Assembly: GCA_977018835.1 (NCBI GenBank) | Contig: OZ361257.1 | Coordinates: 4,340,001 to 4,404,000 of the forward strand | Origin: Minutocellus sp. GHC0000111 | Lineage: Eukaryota | DNA length: 64,000 bases | Direction: 5' to 3' | Shown: positions 56,711 to 64,000 of the stretch, in pieces | Position numbering within the stretch: position 1 is the first letter of the stretch | Layout: each line of letters opens with the position of its first letter | Program-made: the position numbers and the translations under genes | Notes under the pieces: model-generated | The model's input: only the letters and a program-made list of their open reading frames with translations | Database searches by the model: none | Told to the model about the DNA's origin: nothing

Positions 56711-57846
56711 TTATATCACGGTGGGCTTCTTTGTTCTTCTATTTCTACCGGTATTCTTTTTTGCCTCCTTGGCCTTCTTATGATCATCAGAAAGCCACAC
56801 AGCGTGGAGGGACTGACGAATCTTTCCGCGCTTCACACCATATGCATCGGCAAGTTTATTGTCAGTGAGGGCAGGGTGAGCAGTTGGTTGTTTACTCCCA
56901 TCCTCATATCCAACTTATATGCATCTAATGCAATCTTGTCAGTAGATAATGCAATAGAGAATTCTATTGTCTTGTTATCATACAATCCGAGTTCTCTGCT
57001 TCTCCACCCTTTCGGGTAGGCACCACGACCCTCTCTTACTTGGCGATCGACTTCGATCATGCCTAGCACTGTGGTGACCGCGACCTCGCTACCCCAACCA
57101 GGAACTTGTTTGAAGGGGAGGTAGACCCCTTTCTCTTTTCTTCTTGGTTCGGGCCTCTGACTACATGTGGGTGACTTGTAGTTCTTTATATCTTGTGGTA
57201 GTGGTGCTTCTCCGTACGTCAAAAAGCACGCAAGCCTCCGATGTTCCTCAACCTCTCGTTCAATCTGTCGTTCGGTTGGTTCGGTTGGAGGCAAGGGCTC
57301 CAAGATGGTAGGGGATGACAATTGAAGGTTGCTGAACGACGGGCATGAGCGGCTTGGGGTAAGAGCATACTGAATATGAACTGACATTGGACTTGTTACC
57401 ATGGGCGTGGCGGAGGGAAGGTCGAATGAGCTCACGGGCTTTCTCCTCTCGCCGCTTGGCTTGGCGTCGGCGGTTGCTATGCTCATCTCTGAGAATGAAT
57501 CATCTTCATCAGAATGAGATGAAACGGTAGCGGTACCGCGAAAGTCGGCACGCAATATGTCATGATGCAAGTACTTCCTTGCTTGGGCTTGTTCGGCGGC
57601 GAAGCCATCCTCTTCGTTGTACTCGCGTCGATATTTCAACACACGAGGAGATGTGAGGTCTGACGATGCCGGTGGGACCCCTTGGTTGTCCTCCTCGTCA
57701 TCGTTGTCCTTGTTCTCTCGATACCGCGGATGTTCCGGCGTTTCGTTGGAAGTTTCCTTCTCATGGCGCGAGGGGCTGAATGCAGTCGCCTCGGCGCGTT
57801 TCGGTGGACGCGGTGGACTGAAGATGTGTCCCTTTGGAGTATCCAT
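56711..57846 (-). CDS. Accessory/cargo ORF inside the mariner element (unknown function); apparent frameshift near 56905
   Basis: ~340-aa open frame from ATG 57846. An adjacent frame supplies a basic tail LADAYGVKRGKIRQSLHAVW...KKPTVI to TAA 56711. Confidence 0.55.
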
Positions 57847-58193
57847 GAGTATGGAAGCTTCTTGAAGCGCCAGTCGGCAGAAGTTGCCCAGTCTATTTGT
57901 GGTAATTGCTTGGAGGTCGGTTGTTGACGGGTGTGTTTTGATTTGCTTGCTTTGCCGCGTGTTTTTCAAGGTGCGCGCAAACCGCCGTGTCGGAAAGTCC
58001 AAAGACCCAAAAACCCGGGTCCCCGAAATTGCTGTCCCGGACCTTGTAGTGCTGGCAGCTGGCTGCGGCAGGCGAATTCCTACAGTAGCACGGCACCGAG
58101 AGGAAGCAATGCCGGCCGCCATCATTGCGGCAGGCATTGATTTGACAAGTACTCCTTATCCCTCAAATGAATCGAATTCCAACAACCTGTAAG

Positions 58194-58586
58194 TCTGTTG
58201 CACCTTTTGCGCGCACATGTTCACTCATTGATGCTGTGTTTGTCGCCGTTGTTGTCACCATTGCCATCATTTAAACAACAGGACTCGTGCAGGTCTGGTT
58301 CTGGGATAGTGCCCGAGCCTCCACCCGCCGCCGACAGCATCCAGTGGGCATGCACCTGCACATCACCGTGCAGAGATGAGAGAGCTCATCTGCCGCACTG
58401 TCTATTCTGGTCGATCTCTGGATGCTGAACAAAGCAAAGCCAAATGCAACGGCAAGAACTCGTGGCAACTGCCGTTGATGTGCTGGCGGCGGCTGCTTGT
58501 TGTTTTTTCTCGAGGACTTGGCTTCTTGTGCGAAGGATGACATCTGTGGCTTTCTTTCGCGACGAGAACATCTAATCTCAGTTGGC
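58194..58586 (-). pseudogene. Duplicated, truncated 5' fragment of the GT10 gene (copy of ~47424-47865)
   Basis: Near-identical text (e.g. GTGCCCGAGCCTCCACCCGCCGCCGACAGCATCCAGTGGGCAT) with deletions and frameshifts. Confidence 0.85.
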
Positions 58587-59008
58587 TAAGCAATGCAAGA
58601 CAGCTTATGGTCGGTCAACCACCATGTCTCAGCTGCTCACATCGGAAAGTAAAACACACCCCTCGACCAATTGCCTCGACTGACTCTCGGCCGACTGCCC
58701 TCCCAGTAGACACTCCTCATATTGCAAAAAAGCTGACAGACTTTGTCTATTTATTAGTTTGGAGGAGTGCAAAAGCATTCGAAAAAGGAGTGAGTCTCGA
58801 TCGTCAAAGCGAGCGGCGCGAAGAGCGAAGTTCTGGCGGGGCTCGCCTCTCTCTCGCCTCTATGCTGTTGCCGCGAACCGTGAACGACCGGCCGAACGAA
58901 GCAGCGATAAGCAGCAATTGCAACACTGCTCGCGTTTATTGTCGACTTGAATTTTTTCCACCCCGTATGTCCTCCTCATAAGAGTGCATCCCTCAGCTTT
59001 GGCTCGTC

Positions 59009-59011
<3 letters not shown>

Positions 59012-59047
<36 letters not shown>
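59012..59047. repeat. (AC)18 microsatellite
   Basis: Direct reading; lies just upstream of the next gene. Confidence 0.95.
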
Positions 59048-59050
<3 letters not shown>

Positions 59051-59074
59051 GGTCGGACCGTTCACAAACAATAT

Positions 59075-62000
59075 ATGAAAGGTCCACTACTTCTCATCCG
59101 GGTCATGGGCCATTGTGATGACCATATGCAGCAATTTGTTTCTAATGATCTACGGCTCGATAGCAAACTCGGGCGGTGAGGCTCTGCACGATCTTTTGGG
59201 CTCGTTTGTTGAATATTCTTCATTTCACGGCAATACACGCAAAACGAGAAGGCCCCGACGCATTATCATTTCCGGGGTGATGCGCAACGTCGGAGGTGAT
59301 CATCTGCGCGCCCACATCCCCAAGGTCCAAGCCCTCGGCGATGCGCTTGGACATGAGACGCATTACGTTTTCTACGAGAACGACTCGACAGACGACACTC
59401 GGGCGGCACTGAAGGAGCTCCTTGGGAACCATAGCCGGGCAACGTTGCTCCTTGAAAAGGGCCAAGCACAGGGCGGTCGGACCGAGCGAATAGCTAAGGC
59501 ACGAAACAAAGTTTTGGATTACATCGAGGAAGAACTAGCTGACTATGACTATGTCATTATGACGGACATGGATGGTGTCTGCGGCGGACGGGACATGAGC
59601 CTGGGATACGACGTCAATGCATTCGAGGCTGTTTTTCGCAGTTCCAACAAGAATTGGGACGCCGTCTTTTTCCTTTTTCAACCGTATTGGGATTTGTGGG
59701 CCTTTCGACACCCTCAATGGATGCCATATAATATGTTTGGGCCAAGAAAGGGCCAAAACCGTGTGAAGAATTCGAAGGACATGGATCAAGTTTTCCGCCC
59801 AGGAGAATGGCTCGACGTGGACTCAGCCTTTATGATGCTCGGGATGTACCGAATGAATGCGATCCGAGGAGCAAGGTATGACGGCAAGGGTCTTGATGGA
59901 GAGGCCGATTGCGAACACGTGGCTTTCCATCGCGATATGAAAAGGCTGCATAATGCGACGCTGCGGGTAGCTCCATGGATCTATTGTCAAGGGGACCCAG
60001 GGCCAACAGCCTCAGGTTATTTCAATGAAACAATTGTTCGCAAAGAGTCATTAGCGATTGGCGCTGGTAGTGTCACTACACGGAAGGTACCAATTGCAAA
60101 CAGTGCTCCTGCGAAATGGAAATTAATCCACGCCCGGGATTGGAAGCCGTGGCTAACATCCGCACATCCATACAATGAAATGACTCCTCAGCTCGACGTC
60201 CTTTGGAATCGGGGTTTCTACAATATTGCTTTGCCGCACAAGGAGAGGCCGATTACCTACTACAATGCAAAAGGGATAGTTGCACGACCCTTGTCGAGGG
60301 TCGATTTCAATAATTATTTCACCCCAAATCAGTGTGGAATCATTTGGGTTCGACTTTGGGACTTGAGAGAGTGGGTCGCCAAAATACTACCAAACACGAG
60401 ATGTGGGAATGGAAATATTACCATCATCACGACTGACGAAGACTGGGACGTTCCACGTGCTCTACCTCATGAATTCCCGAGAAAATATTCCGATCAGAAC
60501 AAATCAAGGCCTGGTATAGCACCAACGTTGTTGCTCAAGACCACACCAAGCTTTTCCCAGTTCCAATTGGACTGCCGATTCAAAGGGGCTTTCCTGGTTC
60601 GCCCGATAGCGAATTCACGATTAAAGCCATGGACAAGCTCCGCCTTTCCGCAAAACCTTTTGCTGAGAGAAATCGTTCTATTCTATATGATATCGGGACA
60701 CTTGGGGTTAGTGCTAGGCGTGATAAGGGCAGGAAAGCGGCAAGGATGGCCTTGGAGAAATGTCCCGATGGAAGAATCCGAATAATGCCAAAAGGAGGGT
60801 CACTGGAAATATGGCCGTTGTATGCCTCCCACCAATTTGCAATAGCGCCCGTAGGTGTGGGCTACGATACATTTCGCGTTTGGGAATACCTTTTCTTTGG
60901 CACGGTTCCTATTGTACTTTCATCGCCACTGGACGCCATGTACATAGATGCACACGTGCCCATCATCATAGTCAAAGATTGGAAAGAGGTTTGCGAGTGG
61001 ACGGAAGATGATATGGAAAATTTGTTCGAAAGATTTCATAAGTGGGTTGCCAACTCACACATGTGGCTCAGACCGTCACTTTGGGTTCCGAGAGACCAGG
61101 ATCAAATGGAAATGCTTTGCGATGCTTCTCCAGGCTGTCGTTCGGATGGTCAATTTTACAATGCGAAAAAGTTGGATGATAACAAAAGCGTTATCGTACG
61201 TAATGCCGGGCATGATGAATCGAAGGTAGAAGACGCCGGCAGAGCTCTACGATATCTACTGGATAGTGTTATGGCAGCAGTCCAAGAGCCAAAGTCGTCT
61301 TTCCCTGTTCCCTCTGATGCGCAATTTGTACCATCTTCCACTGCATTTCCGAACATATCAATTTTCCCTATACGCCAGTTTTATCAGACACATGGGTTAG
61401 CGACGCCCAAGTTTGGCAATGTGAATTTTGAAGGAATTTCTGCACATTGGGATCCAATCCAAGTTACCTTGTGGGATGAACAGAGAAGGCGACCGACGGG
61501 GAAAGGCCCTGCTTATGCCAAGCCCGAGGACGGCGGAAAGGCTGTCCTTGGAACGTGGCCAACAAAACTGAATCGCTTGACAATGCTTCATTTACTGAAA
61601 TGCGGCGGGTCTACGATGATGGATACGGTCGGTGACCTACGACAGCGATTACAAGCAACAGGCGACGTTTGGACATGGGGCCAAAGATCCCGGACTGATG
61701 ATCCTTCGATGAAAACATGGGACGATGCAATTATGGCCGGAACGAATGACCGTCGTCATGCCATAGTTGCCACTGTTCGCGATCCTGTCGCTAGGTTCGT
61801 GAGTGCGGTGAAGGAAGTGGCAAGAGAAGAAAAGGGGCTCATAGATCAATGCTTCAAGGGAGATAGCAACAATACCGTGGTTTTAAATTGTGCCGCAAAT
61901 AGCTTATCAGCACTGAGTGGGCAGAAGAAGTTCTTGCAAAACAAACACTGGGCGACCCAGGCGCACACTATATTTGCCAATGTACTGCGAAGACCAGACT

Positions 62001-62290
62001 CTAAGGAAGTCATCCCTTTGGTCCTTCTACCTTTTGAGTTGATGAAGCAGTTAATCCACGAGCTTGGAGGAGATCCATTGTTCAATTATCGCAACGGTAC
62101 AGACAGAAGCTACTTTGATTGGTCGATCAACAGTAAAGTCTTGTCAACGCAGACAAAACATCAACTCACAACATTGAAAGTGAATGACCTTGATACCGAG
62201 TCTATCAAACTCATCTGCAATCTGTACAATGTAGATGTTCAATTGCTCAAATGGGCTGGGGTGGATGTCCCTCTTTGTCAACCATCTTGA
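59075..62290 (+). CDS. Three-domain glycan-modifying protein: GT-A/CAP59-like + exostosin-like + carbohydrate sulfotransferase; frameshifts near 59078 and 60470
   Basis: YENDSTDDT, RTERIAKARN, DMD, CEHVAFH; paralogous exostosin-like block; HLLKCGGST (5'-PSB) and VRDPVARFVSA (3'-PB). Comparison with the 49.8 kb paralog shows one base missing near 60470. Confidence 0.7.
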
Positions 62291-62702
62291 GCCTGGCTTC
62301 GCCAATCAGACGCCTGCTCCAGAGAAATTGGCGGAAGGAGGAAGCGTTGTGCAAATATGGCAAGACATGCTTGTGGAGAAGGTTTCAGGCTGTCCCAAAG
62401 CACTTACATGTAAGGCCGTTAATAAGGTCGTTACATGTAATAGATCTACATGTGTAGACATCGATTTTCGTAATTCTTGGGAATAGGAAGTGGAAATCAA
62501 TTTTTTTCTCGTCTGGCCTTCGTCGCGTCATTGGCGGTTGCGCGCCCGACAGCTCGAACAATTTGGCTTGGATGCCACCCAACTGCCGCAAACAACCCTC
62601 ACGAATCATCGAATCTCGTCCGCCCCCTTGTCGTACATATGTATCTTCCAGCTCGATAGCAGCCAGTTTTCATGAGTAGTTGCCCATATTAGAATATTAA
62701 CC

Positions 62703-63824
62703 ATGAGCGCATCATGTGTCAGTTTTCTTGTGCTCTCGGCAGCAGCTCTGACGGTGGCGCTGCTTCTGCTTTGCGTCGGCTTCGACACTCCCTCACCATT
62801 GCCGGCGAATCTTCTAGTTACAGATTCACACCAGAGACAAACCGCCGAGCGACGGCTTGCATCTATTGAATCCGATGAACAGGCAACTCCATCATCTGTC
62901 ATTCTGGACCCAACGACCAAAGAACTTTCACCCAACACAAAGTATACCGACCTTGTCCGAGCCCTCGCTGACGAGTACATGCCAGGTGCGGAAGAGGAAC
63001 CCGGCTGGGAGAGCCTAGAGGACTCACTTCGTGCGATGCAAAACGCCGAGCGGTTGGGACACTGGCCTGATCCCACCGGACCGCTGGCCAACACCACCTA
63101 CGACGAGCTGCGCAATGCCATCACCACCCAATACTTTGCCTCGTGGAGGTCGAAAAGTCACACACGGCAATTCATGTCGGCACTGAACATCATGTACAAG
63201 CTAGAATACGGTCACAATGGAGGCAGGCCGATTCCTATTGAAGGTCAGCCTTATCTTTTTGTTGGAAGTGCCGGGCCGGCGTACAATCTATCGGCATTGA
63301 ACGAGATGAACATCACGCACATTATCAGTGTTACGTCGGGAGTACGACCGCAGTTTCCTGATGAGTTTGAATATCTCCACATTCAAGGACTGCGGGATGA
63401 GCCCAAGGACCCGAGACAAAGCCTGGCGGTACATTTCAATCAAACCACGGCGTTTATTGATGCTGCTAGGAGCAGTGGAGGGCGTTGTTTCGTTCATTGC
63501 TGGGAGGGACGGAGTCGGAGCGTGACTGTGATTACAGCCTATCTAATTCAGAGGGAAGAAATGACCCGAGAGGCTATCAACAGCGCAATACAAGACGGCG
63601 GTAAGGTCCTGGTGCATTGCCATCAGGGCTTATCCCGCAGTGTTGTGATACTCTCCGCTTTTCTGATCAGACATAAAAAGACGAGTGCAGCACGAGCGTT
63701 GGAAATTATTCGCCAAACGCGGTCCAGAGCAGCGCCAAAACAAATGTTCCTGGAAGAGCTCGAGAGATATGCAAAAGAAGCCCGGATGCGGAAACCTACA
63801 GTATTGAACTTCACCAGCGTGTAG
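62703..63824 (+). CDS. Dual-specificity phosphatase with N-terminal signal/TM anchor and two CX5R loops
   Basis: LFVGSA, NITHIISV, VHCWEGRSRS, VHCHQGLSRS, IRQTRSRAAP..FLEEL. Confidence 0.85.
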   Translation: MSASCVSFLVLSAAALTVALLLLCVGFDTPSPLPANLLVTDSHQRQTAERRLASIESDEQATPSSVILDPTTKELSPNTKYTDLVRALADEYMPGAEEEPGWESLEDSLRAMQNAERLGHWPDPTGPLANTTYDELRNAITTQYFASWRSKSHTRQFMSALNIMYKLEYGHNGGRPIPIEGQPYLFVGSAGPAYNLSALNEMNITHIISVTSGVRPQFPDEFEYLHIQGLRDEPKDPRQSLAVHFNQTTAFIDAARSSGGRCFVHCWEGRSRSVTVITAYLIQREEMTREAINSAIQDGGKVLVHCHQGLSRSVVILSAFLIRHKKTSAARALEIIRQTRSRAAPKQMFLEELERYAKEARMRKPTVLNFTSV

Positions 63825-64000
63825 CTCATCTTGAGAAACTTGTAAATGACATTCAAAATTATAATTTTTAAGACGTACGATTTTCTTATGAAAAGATCTT
63901 TAGTTGACGAAAAGTAACGAACCCAACGACATGCAGACACTACGAAGATGAAAGATTTCCCCGGAGGATGGATAACATAGAGACAAATATCCAAATGCAC

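Larger units (their letters stand above)
53098..58046. mobile_element. Complete IS630-Tc1-mariner DNA transposon, 4949 bp, TA target-site duplication
   Basis: TA|CGAGGTCGCGGACAGCAGTTTCAGGGACCCGGTTTTCGGGTCTTTGG versus reverse complement of the right end CAAGGTCCGGGACAGCAATTTCGGGGACCCGGGTTTTTGGGTCTTTGG. TA at 53096-97 and 58047-48. Encodes a DDD transposase. Confidence 0.9.

Noticed and set aside
57847..58137. N-terminal 97 aa of the listed 434-aa ORF 56833..58137
   Set aside because: Crosses the transposon TIR into flanking DNA; ATG 57846 inside the element is the more plausible start.
51144..58189. Single TA-flanked mega-transposon enclosing the Kelch gene and the mariner
   Set aside because: Ends (CACCTGTTGAAAC versus CAGGTTGTTGGAA) are too dissimilar to call TIRs.
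1..64000. CRISPR arrays, rRNA or tRNA genes
   Set aside because: No repeat-spacer periodicity or recognisable structural RNA seen; tRNAs cannot be fully excluded without a scan.

Overview
Gene-dense eukaryotic nuclear DNA, most likely from a diatom or related ochrophyte. Several proteins carry bipartite signal peptide + ASA-F-type plastid-targeting leaders (CP12, FBPase, LysA, FAD monooxygenase, ferredoxin), and there are short GT-AG introns. About 27 protein genes are recognisable or plausible. Mobile elements: a complete ~4.95 kb TA-flanked Tc1/mariner-type element (DD38D transposase plus a convergent accessory ORF), two non-autonomous TIR elements and two copies of a ~185 bp MITE. Main points: (1) a nuclear plastid-targeted PetF ferredoxin, intact except for an in-frame TGA exactly at an Fe-S cysteine ligand; (2) a bacterial TRAP/TakP-like solute-binding protein with a signal peptide and GPI-like tail, divergently paired with an SLC10/BASS transporter and next to an RraA/HMG aldolase and a sideroflexin; (3) a bacterial-type hexokinase; (4) the multi-ORF mariner; (5) a duplicated glycosylation locus with domain swapping; (6) a strong TpA versus CpA/TpG substitution bias between the MITE copies. 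Many genes show single-base frameshifts, so some lesions may be assembly errors. All family calls come from motif recognition by eye; no searches were run.
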